Of a DNA stretch of 62,917 nucleotides, positions 11,839 to 24,400 are shown piece after piece. Source of the DNA: Geosiphon pyriformis uo1 (lineage: Eukaryota > Fungi > Glomeromycota). The notes below the pieces were generated by a model that searched no databases, was not told the origin of the DNA, and was given only the letters and a program-made list of their open reading frames with translations. Every line of letters starts with the position of its first letter. Within the stretch, counting starts at the first letter, position 1. The position numbers and the translations under genes were made by a program. The stretch lies in contig JAAOMT010000787.1 of the NCBI GenBank assembly GCA_016748015.1, positions 25,008-87,924 of the forward strand, given 5' to 3'.

Positions 11839-14800
11839 CTTTGAAACAATTAAAAATCTTGAAGAATTCTTTTCAAAGAACAAATCAAAAGTATTCAATC
11901 AAAGTCTTTTCTTCTCCTGAAAAATAATTTAATCGTAAAATAATTAATACTATAAAAACTTTGAGCATGATTTTTTTTGTCAAAATCTCGAGGTTTACAA
12001 AGTGTTCGGAATTTGAGACGTTTTCTCCATTTAGGAAAGAAAACATAATTTTTTTTCAATTTCTCAGAATGGCAAGTGTTTTTGTTTCGTGACAGGCAAT
12101 TAAGAGGATCATAAATTTTATTATCGTTGTGTGAACAGCGTACAATGTATATTATTCATTTAAGTTTTTTCCGTATTATTTATAAACAATATTTTTAATA
12201 TTAGATTAAATAGGGAATCAAGTCTTAATTTTACCATTATACGGTTTAAAGGAAATAAGATAATCATGTGAACTCATATTAAATAGTCTAGATAATTTTG
12301 ATTGGCCAAATTAATCCAACAACTTCCGAGTGGTGTCTAAGATAGAACATTCCATTTTGACACATTTGTACAGTAATCTAGACTAAAGAATGATATTTAT
12401 TATATGATTACAACTCCAAATCATATAAATCCGATTAATTACAACTCATCCGATGCTTATTTGTCACATTCATAATAATATACCTATATATCTATATATC
12501 CATATTTGGGGTTTTTTAATTTCAAATTTAAATCTCATAATGAAAACTTTTTGAACTTGTCTATTTAGTGATATAAAGATTTCATTTTCAATTTCCTCAA
12601 TTCTTTTATTTTGAATCTGTTATCAAATACAAGAAACTATTAATGAATCAATAGTTTTAACAATAAAATAAAAATAATAGCCTTGTTTTTAATAGCTAGT
12701 TTTTCAATATTTTAGTAAAAGTACATAAATTCAATCAAATATTTATTATACAATAAAAAGTATAATTCAATGGATTATCAAGTGACTCTTTTTTGTTAAG
12801 GTTTGAAAAGAAAATTCCAACATTCTTTGTAGAAATTTTTATACGAAATAGAAGTTTGAAAAAAGCGTTTCACTTTAATCTTGTCTTTTTTTTTATTTGA
12901 TTAGTTTTCTCAAAATTCTTTTTAGAAGGCTATTATAAATCAAATATTTTACTAACGCTCTTATTATTAGTTCGATTTTTGGATAGATTTTTTGAAATTC
13001 CTTGTTAATCGTGTTAAATTGTAATCAATCTAATAATGTTAAAAAATATTTAGGGTTTTTAAAATTAGAAAACTTTTCAAGAAAGTTCTTTGAACATCTA
13101 TTGCATAAATTAAATAAACAATATGAGAAAATATTAGTTAGTTTAATTCCTGACTCTTGATCTTTTGGTAAATTTATTCAAAACTTACTACCTGAATCAA
13201 ATACGAAAGAGAATTATACTTAGCCAAATGAAATTATTTGGTATCATGAATAAAAGTAGGAAAGCTGATATTCCAAAAAAAATTACATCTAGCATCAATG
13301 AAAATATTTAGTTGTTTTTTATCCATGAGTTATTAATATTCCTAAATATGGTGTTTTTACTTTAGACTTTCCCGGATACATATTGCTATATCTAAATTTA
13401 ATGGGATTAAGCTTGTTAAATTAATTACCCCAGCTAAATAAAATTTAATTTGGTTTCCTCTAAAGGTAGAGTGATTGCTAGACCTATCGACTTACAAGTG
13501 AAATGATTTACCCAAAGATTAATATAACGTGGTATTTTATTTTTCAATATTGCTAAAAAAAAAAATTTTTCCTTTGAATTTTCTTTATCTCGAATGACAT
13601 TGGCCTAAAGATCAAAAAAGTTTATGTAAATTTGAAAAAACCAATCACTTTATGATTTTTTTTTGTAATAAGTCAGATTTCATGGTCAATTTTCAACATT
13701 TAAACAGGTATTTCAAAGTCACAGATTGTTCCGTCTACTACAAAAATTAAAGTTTCTAAAAATATCTTTACCCCCTTTAATAAAAATGGAAATTTCATTC
13801 GTTGGCTTAGCAAAAGTAAATGAGTAAAGCTTACTTAATCTCAACAGAAATTCTTAATATTTTTGTTTTCTTATTCCGAAATTAAAATAAATGTCGAGAT
13901 TCTACATTTAAAGACAAGATATATACCTAGCCTTTCATTCAGTACCCCAATTGATAATGGCTAAATGACTGATACGTCAAATGACTCAAAGTTGAATCAG
14001 AAGCAAAATCTATCAAATATTCGGGAGGATTTGTTAAGATTGAGGTAAGAATAAAGTTCTTAATGAATTTTTTTATGCTCTAGGTTATAAAGTTCTAACT
14101 TATATCCCTGATCTTTGGAACCTTTTTTTTTATTTGAATGGATTGTGTCAGCATATAAAAATGGTTCTTGCATGGCAATTAGAGTGCAAAAATAGATTTT
14201 TATAGCTATCCCAAAAAAGGGGATTTCGTTATTTAGTATGAATTTTTAAGTTTTTTAATATATTGGATTGCGTGATTTACATGAACAATAATGAATTATT
14301 TTCTTATTTGGATTAGAACCCACAGAATAGCATGTTATCAATTGAATTACCCGTTTTGGCATAATACCGGAAATTCTTTAATTGTTTAATTCAAAATAAT
14401 TCAATGTGTTTCGAAGATTGTGAGAAATTTTTATTGGTTTGCATTTTCTCATTAAGGCGAATAAAATCACATTTCGAATAAATATCATTCCAAAGTTATT
14501 TTTAAACCCAAAAGTTATTAACCTAGTTGTTAATTTTATCATTAAACCTTTTTATTAAATATATCAAATAAAATCAATTATATATTAAATTTGTTTTCTT
14601 GTCAAATTCTTTTTTATATTATTTTTTTAATAAGATTTTTAAAATTTATTTATTAATTCATTATATAAATAATTATATCTGTTTTTGTTATTAAAAACTG
14701 AACGACATTTTGCTTCTTATTTTAAAAATAAATTTTATTTTGTTATTTAATTAGACAAAAATTTAGCAGACGATTTCAAAATTTTGAAATTAGTTTTTTT

Positions 14801-17800
14801 CTTGATAAACATTAAATTAAAACTTATACTTTTTATTCTGCTTACTTTTTTCATCAAGCTTACTTAAAGGATTTCTATATAATTAATTATTTCACTTCAT
14901 AACTTTCAATTACTTTTCGAATACTGTTATAATAAATATACTGTATATAAAACTAAATTCTTTAATTTTAAAAAAAAAAAATTTTAAAATTAACAAAAGT
15001 TGAAACTTTAATTTATATATACTTAACAATATTAGTATAAAATTATATTTAGATCAATCTGTTCATAAAACCCAAACCTAAAAATAAAATGTTTTTATAT
15101 AATATAAACAATTATCTTTTTGATAAGAAAATATTTTAATCATGTTCAATACTTTTTAAAAAAATTTATTAAATGTATAAAATCATTATTATATAACAAA
15201 TTTTAATTATTATTTCAAAATAAATAATTTTAAAAAATAAAAACTATTTTAGTAATCTAATAAAATACTTTTATATATAAATAAAAAATAAGTGGAATTA
15301 TAAAAATAATTTGATAAATATGAATCTGCTAAAAATCAAATTAAAAAAAAATTATTTTATTAAAGTAAATTTTTTTTGTTAAATTATTTTTAATTATATT
15401 ATTATGTATTCATCTATCGTAGCCATTTTATTTTTAGAATATATTTTTATCTTAATTATTAATTTAATTAATAACTTAATTGTTAACTTAAATTATTAAT
15501 TTAATTATTATCCTTTTAGAGTTTAAAATTTTTTAACTTCAAATTTGGTATTTCTTTTAATTTAAAAAGACGAAGGTGATTTTTTACTACAGCCCAGAAT
15601 AGTTAGCTCAAAATAATATTCAAGTAACAATACGTAAAAAACATTATGAATATTAACATATTCAGACAATTTTAATTCATAAAAAACTGAATTTATTAGC
15701 CGAACTATTAAAAACTATCTTAGTCTCTTATAGTTTAATTTTTCACAAAACTTAGTTGTTTTGATATTACGATACAATGGTCATATTTTTTTGTCTATTC
15801 TAAATATTAAAGCTCTTTCTTGTTATTTATCTGTTTTTTATTTATATTTGAAATTCAAATTCTCTTGAATTTTTTTGTTTAGATAATATAGTTTTTAGCA
15901 AAAAAATTACTAATTCTTTAACTATTAAAAAACTAAAATATATATTTTATTTGTAATTAACAAAAAATGATGTTATTGTATGCAAACCCTGTTAATAAAA
16001 ATAAGTTGAACCAATTATCTTGTTAATAATTAACTACAAATATTGCTCTAAGATTTAAGAAATCTATTCAATTTGACTATTGGTTTAAGAATAGAAAGAA
16101 GATCTAAATGTTTAAGAATTTGAAAATTTTTTCCAAAACTCAAGAAACAAATTGCATTTCATAATTCAAACTATTTTATCTGGAAAACTGTAAAGTTTAA
16201 CAATATTTTGAAAAATTGATTATGTATTGTTCTCAAAAATTATAGCTTTTGTACAAAAAATAAAATAATTATTTTGATTAATTAATTTACCACAACAAAA
16301 ATAAGTTTTTCTTATTTATTATAAACAAATTTTTTATAAAATTTATTAAAATAGATTCCTAAAAACATTCTAAAATAAATAATAAATGTAACAATCCAAA
16401 AGATTTTTAAAGAAAAACTTTAAATCTAAAACAAATATTACAGAATTTTATGATATTTTTAATAAATTAACACTGTTATAGCGACTATTAATATTTTTTT
16501 ACAACCAATTTGACTATTTTATTGACTTTAAAATGGCCAATACGTCAATTATGATGATTTTTTTAAAAGTTTATACTGTTTTAAATCATTTAAAATGTAA
16601 ATCAAGTTATTATAAAATAAAACTCTATTTTTGTATTTAAACTTTGATAGAAAACCAACAATAAAAAGATTATTTATTAAATTCTAAGTTTATATATTTG
16701 TAATTATAAATCTTTTAATTGTTTTAAAAAGTTCTAAATTTAAACATACAATTAAAATTGCTGCGATTTTGAATTGTTTAGACATTAATAAAATCATTTG
16801 TTTTTAATTATAAATTTTCTTTTTTTTAGGTTTAAATTCTAAGCAATATAAAAAAACCTCTATTGTATTCTATAATATATCAGAATAATAAGAAATCACA
16901 AAATTAAAATCAGTCATAAGAATAAATTATTAAGCTTAATATTAATTTAACATCTAGTTATTATAAAATATTAAAAGTTTTTATAATTAATTTTCTAAGC
17001 AAAAAACATAAATGAATAAAAAATGACAAAGTATAAACACTTAGTAAATCCAAACTATAATAATAATGCTGCCAAAATGCCAAAATATTTATTTTTATTA
17101 TATATAACTTATTAAAATCAACATAAATTAAATCAAAAACTATAATAAAAACTTTTTTAAAACTTAAAATATAATATTAACTTGTAAAATTCACTTAAAT
17201 ATTCTATTTTTTTATGTTAAAGTTATTAATAGAATAGTAATTTAAGATAATCTAATAAATCGATAATAAAAATTGGCAAATCTAAAAAAATTTTCAACAT
17301 TTTTTATATAATAAGATGTTATTTTAAAACTATTTAAATTTATAAAATATCTTCTAAAAAAAATATATACTTTAAAAACTTAACTTAAAATTAATTAAAT
17401 TTACATCTTTTTAAATTGGTATATAATTTGTATTGTCTTAAATATTTAAAACTATATATATATGTTTTTACAATTTTTTTAATTTTTAAAATAGATTAAA
17501 ATATTGTTAAAATAACATATTACAAAATAATTCAAATAATATTGTTTATTAAAAATTAAAAAACAATATATGTATTTATTAATCCAAATAATATTATTAA
17601 ATATTAAAAATTATCATAATATGTTCAAAAGACTATTTTTAATTTTTTTTTAGATTTATATTAAATTATAGACTTTTGATAAATTAATTTTTGTAAAAAT
17701 CTAAGTTGTATATAATTAATCCAAAAAATTAAATATTAAAAGTAATAAATAATAATTTTTAATTGTAATTTTATTAAAGTCTTAGTAGTTAATACACAAC

Positions 17801-18218
17801 TTAAGAAATTATTTTTTTAATAAAAAATATTAAAGCATTTGCTAAAAACTTGAAATAACAAATTAAAAAATTTTCAAATTTTTTACCAAATATTTATAAA
17901 AAAAATGTAAATAATTTTTTTAAAATTAATAAGACAATTATATAATTAATGTTATAAAAATACGAGTTTTTTATTAAACATCTTTGCAAATCTCTAATAT
18001 TTAAATAATAATTTACACTTTAATTTTTTATCTGTTGTAAAAATAATAGAATAAATTAGTTAAAAAAATTTAAGAAACAATTGATATATTAAAAAAAATA
18101 TCTTAACAAATTTATATTGGTATTATTTATTATTCTAAAAGTATTGGTTAATTTAATTGTGTAAGTTTTTTAATTAATTATTAAGTTTTTTATTTAATAA
18201 TTTAATTTAATTTAATTA

Positions 18219-18237
18219 CTGTCTCTTATACACATCT
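18219..18237 (+). other. Second Tn5/Nextera mosaic-end adapter (probable assembly artefact)
   Basis: Exact 19-mer CTGTCTCTTATACACATCT. Confidence 0.95.
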
Positions 18238-18769
18238 GAAAAATAAGATTTTAAGGTAACAGAATTTTATAAATAATTTGAAAACCATTTTCAATTGTTT
18301 TCTGCTGAATAATAGAAATTTCAATCACAGTCAATAAAACGAAACTAACTTGATATCAAAACATATTGGTTAATAAAAATATATATTCTTTAAAAAACTT
18401 TTACTTTTTTCGTGTCTTTAATATTTATTCAAGCATTTATTATTATTATTATTGCATCATAAAAAAGTAAACCAGCTTCTAAAATCTATATTTTAAGGTA
18501 GCAGTATCCATTTTAAAGATTTATTTCTAATGCTGTCAGCTAAAGAGCATTTATAGTTTTAGCCTGTAATAAACCTAAGCTTTAGAAATAAAAAGTTGTT
18601 TGATAAAGTCTCTTTTAAGGTTTTTTGATATCTAAATAGAAAAGCGTTATTCTTTTGACTTAATTGGAGGGGGCTTAAATAGTAGGCTATAAAATATATG
18701 TCAGTGAAAGTTTTTAAGATAGACACACAACCTTTATACAGTATATAAATAAATTAAATAAAAAAAAAT

Positions 18770-19162
18770 TTATCTTTTTATGATTTGAAAAACTTCATAC
18801 TTGGCAGAAAAATACCTAGCTCCATTTCTTAACCCAAATAAAGCATGCTTATAATAATCTGTCTTTTGACAAGCACACTCTGAACTATTTTTAAAATCAT
18901 TGCCATATAATTCAATACTAATATTTCCAAAAGTGGGGTTCATAATTATAACAACTATAAGGTCCAAATCTTGTAACAAATTTGCTAAGTATAGCATTTT
19001 CAGTTTTATCATTTCCAAAAAAAAAAATAAAACTTCTTTCTCCATTTAAATGTTTATTTAGAAAGTGCCAAGATTTTGGGTTAAAGTCACCAATTATCTA
19101 ATCAGTTCTTTTCACCTTGATTATGCTAATTGTTGCTCTTTTATTATAACAACATAATCAAT
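18770..19162 (-). pseudogene. 5'-truncated third BTB-TLDc paralog (TLDc C-terminal part only)
   Basis: Ends ...LYGNDFKNSSECACQKTDYYKHALFGLRNGARYFSAKYEVFQIIKR and has a frameshift and a stop. The 3' flank 18238-18769 is homologous to the flanks of genes 1 and 2. Homology stops near 19162. Confidence 0.85.
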
Positions 19163-19859
19163 ATACATTACATTTTGGGATCCAGAAACAGCTGATTTTG
19201 GTCCTAATTTTCTATTCCATCAAAGTGAACCAAATGTTAAAGTTTTTGAATATTTTTCTGGTTGTGATGCTCAAATAAATGGTGCTCTAGAATATTATTG
19301 TCGCCTGGAAAGCATCTAAATATCATTTTTTCAAACTCGGGCAGTGTTAAATATAAAACGAGAAAATTCTATGATGATAGTAGTACTTTATAAGTTTTTT
19401 CATTAGTAAAAAAGTCAAAATAGGCACTCGATTTACTACTTGCTAGGTAGAAAATAAGGGTTTTAGCTCTCTTTATATAAAAACGTTTTGATAACACTTT
19501 CAATATTAAGAAAATATTTTCATAAATGAACTCACAGGATCAAAAACACTAATGCACATATTAGATATTTATCAATTTTAATATAAATAGTATTCTCTGA
19601 ACCCAAAGATAATTTCTTCAAAATCCATAAGAGATTTTATTTATTAGAGTTTATTATGACTTTTTTATACATTATCACCTTAATCATAAAATTTTACTTT
19701 TAAAAAACAAAATCTTCGAAATCGAAAAAACAAATAAATTTCCCCGAATATTAAATTACCATATGGTGTTTGAGATGGTATTGCTGGTATAAGAAACAAT
19801 CTTATTTTTTTCTTTGTATATAATAGACAAACTGGATATTCTCTTGTTAATATTTTCTC

Positions 19860-20648
19860 TGTGGATATGGTCACACTGCAAATACAGCCAAATATTTTCT
19901 TTACTGGAATGCAACCAAGATGTGATGCTTCATTTGCTCAGTTTTCAGGATCAAACACGTTTTTCCTAAGTAAAAATTCTGCCATTTTTTAAAAAAATTA
20001 TGCCCAATTATATTAATCCCTAAATTTATGGTGGATGCCTGTTACAAAATATGTCACCAGCATGTGGCAATACCCTGAACACACTCCAAGTTTTCAATAT
20101 GATATTTTGTAATTTGACTCAAGAACACAAAATTGTAACTAATATTCCTTCCAACAATTTCAAACTGCCAAAAATAAACAATCTGAATATGAATGCAGAA
20201 AATAACAAAGCAGATCCAAATATTCAGAATCAAGAAATTGGTATATCTAGAGAACCATCAAATCAAGACTAAGTATCATCTAAGTCACGATTGTTAACCT
20301 GGCTAATTGTATTTATTTCAGTTCTAGTTATGGCTATAGCTATCAGCTTAATATTTTTCAGTCTTTGGCTTTGCTGCAATCGAGCTTTATGACTACAAGC
20401 CTCTTTCGGAATTACCCAACTACTATTATCACTACATGGCTCAATACTAACAGCTAATTAAACTTTTTTAACAAGATCTCATCCATTAATCTTGTATAGT
20501 ATCCCAAATATCTAAGGTGGTAAAGAAAGTCCATAACGAGAATCAAATTTTACATTAGATTATGGATTTAATTCCTTAAGGTGACAAACAAAATCAAATG
20601 AATTTGAAACGGATAATGATGACTTGGTAGTAATTGTTGAAGCCATAC
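19860..20648 (+). pseudogene. Possible decayed host gene for a single-pass membrane protein (mirror copy ~26905-27690, minus strand)
   Basis: The 20051 frame continues past a TAA into SRLLTWLIVFISVLVMAIAISLIFFSLWLCCNR, a TM-like segment. Later stops are C>T-type. No family recognised. Confidence 0.35.
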
Positions 20649-20652
20649 ATGT

Positions 20653-21635
20653 TGTTACCAGAGGTTTTTGGTCTCTTTTCTTGAATGTTGTTAATGTCTG
20701 TTTGTTGTGAATTTACATTTCCAGGAAGTAGTTGGACCTCCAATAACTGAATTTATCTTCAAATTATCTTTTATAATTTGAACTTGTTGGGCTTATGAGT
20801 GAAATAGCCAATTCCATGCCAGTTACTTTATGTAGTTATATTGTAGTAAACATCAACTCTTTCCCAGAAATTGCTCATCTGGAAGCTCACAAAAAAATGT
20901 GTAGTTACTTTGCTGTGCAAGTCAACTCTTCTACAGGAATCTCATCTGTAGGCTACCCTAATGATTATAATAAAAAAAAGAAAAAAAAAATAAAAGAAAT
21001 GTAAAAGAAATAGAATTTTGTCAAGAGAAACGTTTTCTATCCAGGCTTGAAGTCACTAACAGTTTATTGAAATTGGTAGCTAATCAATTTCAAAACGTTA
21101 GTTGGGTTTTGGGGATTTTTCAAATGTAATAATTTAAAAAATTTGGTTTTTTGAATTATTTGATATTTATTTCTTTTTGTATGTGTAGGAATGGTTCTAG
21201 GTGATAAATCTAAAGTAAGATACATTTTCTCAAAGAAAGATGCTCTTCTTTTATACAACTTGTCATAACACTATTCTATGAACTTGAACTTTGCTATTTT
21301 CTACAATTTCACTGAACTAAAGATATATTTCGGCGAACTACAAGTGATTTGTGCGAACTATTAGATATTTTGGTGAACTATCAATTATTTCGGCAAATTT
21401 CTACAAATTTCGGCGAACTTTTGAATGTTACATAGTTCGGGGTATTGCATGATTGATCATCGCAATTAAGTTACATTTGTGTTGTGTACAAATTGGGTTA
21501 TTAATTTAAATGATAATTTCAGACATTTTGCTAATATAATAAGTGATAATTTGAAACGATAATATATGCTAATTAATGATAGGATTTATAAGATAATTTT
21601 ATGCTAAATAATATTTCTAATTTCGTCTGGTAACA
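20653..21635 (-). mobile_element. Solo LTR of the element-B family
   Basis: Reverse complement of the LTRs at 52390-53368 and 60305-61281. TGTTAC...GTAACA ends and a perfect 4-bp TSD ATGT (20649-20652 / 21636-21639). Absent from the mirrored arm. Confidence 0.93.
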
Positions 21636-21958
21636 ATGTACACACACAACTATTGTCCCAAATACCTGTTATCTTTTATTTGATCAAACAAGAAAATAAT
21701 AGTGATATGGTTGAATTGTTTAAGAACTGAAATTTAAGTGGGGGAAATTTTACAATAGCTACTGGCAGAATAAATTGAAAAGTGATTTGTAGAATACATG
21801 TTTAAAATTGATATTTAAATGGAATAGTTGAAAAAATAATTGCATGAATAGATTGTTTCTAGCATTATATTAATATTGTATTTTTAAAAAGTTACCAATT
21901 TAAAGTAATAATTCAATAAAATAATATTTAAAATAAGAAAAACAGAAAGTTCTTTAAT

Positions 21959-23456
21959 TAACAGTTGTTTGGTTTTATACTTTGAGTCTAGAATGGTATA
22001 AAAAAAAGACCAATAAAATATTGAGCCAATATAAGACAGCACAAACCACAGAAAACATATGCTAGTCTGAATTGTCTCCCACTTGACCAGTAGTCACGAG
22101 ATATATCTTATGCCAAGAAAAGCAAAAGTGAATGCCACAGAAAAGTTAAGACCCAGACATTCTTTTTTCCTATATTATTAGAATGAAGTATAACACAATT
22201 GCTGTGAAACAAAAATGTACATGTCATGGTGAACATAAAACCTGGATGACTCTTCTTTTTTATTCTATCAGTATAGGGAGAATTATCTTTGCTAATTTCT
22301 TTAAGCATTTTCTACTTTTCCGAGCACAAAACTTATAGCACAAAGCTTATAAACACGAATCTCAGACCATTTTCCTACCACAATGTGTGCATATATGTCT
22401 GATCAAAACATAGTAAGTGCTCACATCCTCTGAAAAATGTGAAAAAATACTGACTTTTAACTCTTATTCTAATGCTCAACGAGTTGAATATTAACTTCCT
22501 AGTTTGGTGGGTAAATAAAAGAGAGAGATAAGTGAAAGAAAAGGGTAAGTGAGAGAAAAAAATAAGTAAGAGAGAGGAGTAAGTAAGAAAGAGAGGCAAC
22601 TACTAGTTTAGTTTAAAAGTACTAAGCTAGTTTATATATTGTTTAACTTACATTGAGAAAAAAAACAATAATCTGTAGAAAGTGATAGCAGTAAAGCAAA
22701 AGGAGGCAATAAAAAACAAGGAGTTGATTGCAAAAACAAGGTAGTTGACAGTTGTTTGGCTTTATGCTTTAGAATGGTATAAAATGAAGATCAATAAAAT
22801 ATTGAGCCAATATGAGACAGCGCGAACCACAGAAAGCATATGCTAGTCTGGATTGTCTTCCACTTAACCAGTAGTCACAGAATACATCTCATGCCAAGAA
22901 AAGCAAAAGTGAACACCACAGAGAAGTTAAGACCCAGACATTTTTCTTCCCTATACTATTAGAATGAGGTATAACACAATTGCTGTTAAACAAAAATGTG
23001 CATGTCATGGTAAACATAAAACCTGAATGACTCTTTTTTTCTATTCTAATAGTATAGGGAAAATCATCTTTGCTAATTTCTTTAAGCATTTTCCACTTTT
23101 CTGAGCATGAAGCTTATAGCGCAAAGCTTATAAGCACGAATCTCAGACCATTTTTCTATCACAATGTGTGCACATATGTTTGTTCAAAACACAGTAGGTG
23201 CTCACATCCTCTAAAAAATGTGAAAAGATACTGATCTTTAACTCTTGTTTCAATGTTCAACAACTTGAACATTGACTTCTTAGTTTGGTGGGTAAGTGTA
23301 AGAGATAGTTAAGTGAAAAAGAAGGGTAAATGAGAGAAAAAGATAGATAAGAAAGAGGAGTAAGTGAGAAAAAAGGGAGAGAGAGATAAAATGATAAGTG
23401 AAAGAGAAGGATAGATGAGAGAGAGGAGTATATTGTTTAACTGGCATTGAGAAAAA
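21959..23456. repeat. Two ~700-bp direct repeats (21959-22662, 22746-23456); mirrored at 25093-25791 and 25885-26582; unclassified
   Basis: Period is about 790 bp. Each unit has a GA/CT-rich block and the TATAAGCTT doublet, with a ~85-95 bp unique spacer between units. Confidence 0.85.
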
Positions 23457-24400
23457 GAATGATAAAATCACATTTAGTGGATTGAGTCATATGATTTCAA
23501 ATCCTATAATTGGCTGAATTAAATCATGATGATTCATATCTCTCTTAAATTGTGAGACCAACATTTAAGTCAGTTTTTCTCTCTTGCCTAAAAAGTCTGA
23601 TAAGAGAACAAAATAAATAGTTACAGCAAGCACAATCATTAAGAATATAGTGTTCATATTTTGTAATACACTAGACTGAATAATATAAATGGCCGCAGCA
23701 TAAAAAACATGATGGTTATATTTCATAGCCGAAAGCAATAACAAAATACAATCAAAAGTGCCTCTAAACATTAAGGCAAATTTAGTGTTCACTATTACTT
23801 GAGTCCAATAGAGCTAGAATTGTTTGCTGCATATCCAAAATAAAGAGATATTAGTAGGAGCCATAAAATATATTAGCATCGTTTTTATGTTTTATTTATT
23901 TAATAAAAATTTGTAGTGAAATAAAATATAGGGTATTTTTTCTGTAAGTTTTGTTTTTTTATTTAGTTAATATTGATAATGTATTAATATATTTTGTTAA
24001 AATAAAAAAAAATTTTTGATTAAAATAAATCAAAATCAAAAATAAACAAAAACTATATTAATGCATTTCAGATTATACAGGTAATTTTAAATCATATTTA
24101 TAAACAATGTTTTTGTTTATTTTTTATGATTTTGTTTCTGATTAAAATAAATTTGTTTTTTAAACTTAACAAAATTCATTTTTTTATCATCAATACAAAC
24201 ATGCTAAGAAGTAGATTACCAGAAACAACTTTAGTTAAAGTTGTCTACTATGATTATTGAAAGTGTGTCTTGAGCAAGTGGGAACACACCAACAACTGGA
24301 ACATTTACTACTTGTAGCAATATCAAAATGCAATAATGGAGATGTCAAATTAGGCTTTAAATTCTAAACTAGAAATTTTATTTTTGCGATTTAAATTATC

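Larger units (their letters stand above)
19714..24146. repeat. Left arm of an ~8.1-kb inverted duplication (includes a solo LTR)
   Basis: Reverse complement of 24401-27836 throughout, e.g. 19731-19800 vs 27751-27820 and 24061-24146 vs 24401-24490. The spacer is ~255 bp. Confidence 0.9.

Noticed and set aside
12000-18200. Genes or classifiable TEs in the very AT-rich stretch
   Set aside because: I could not support any ORFs or motifs; it is probably eroded TE DNA.
874-18237. A genuine Tn5-like composite transposon bounded by the two mosaic ends
   Set aside because: The ends are in direct orientation, there is no 9-bp TSD or transposase, and the mosaic end is a synthetic sequence.
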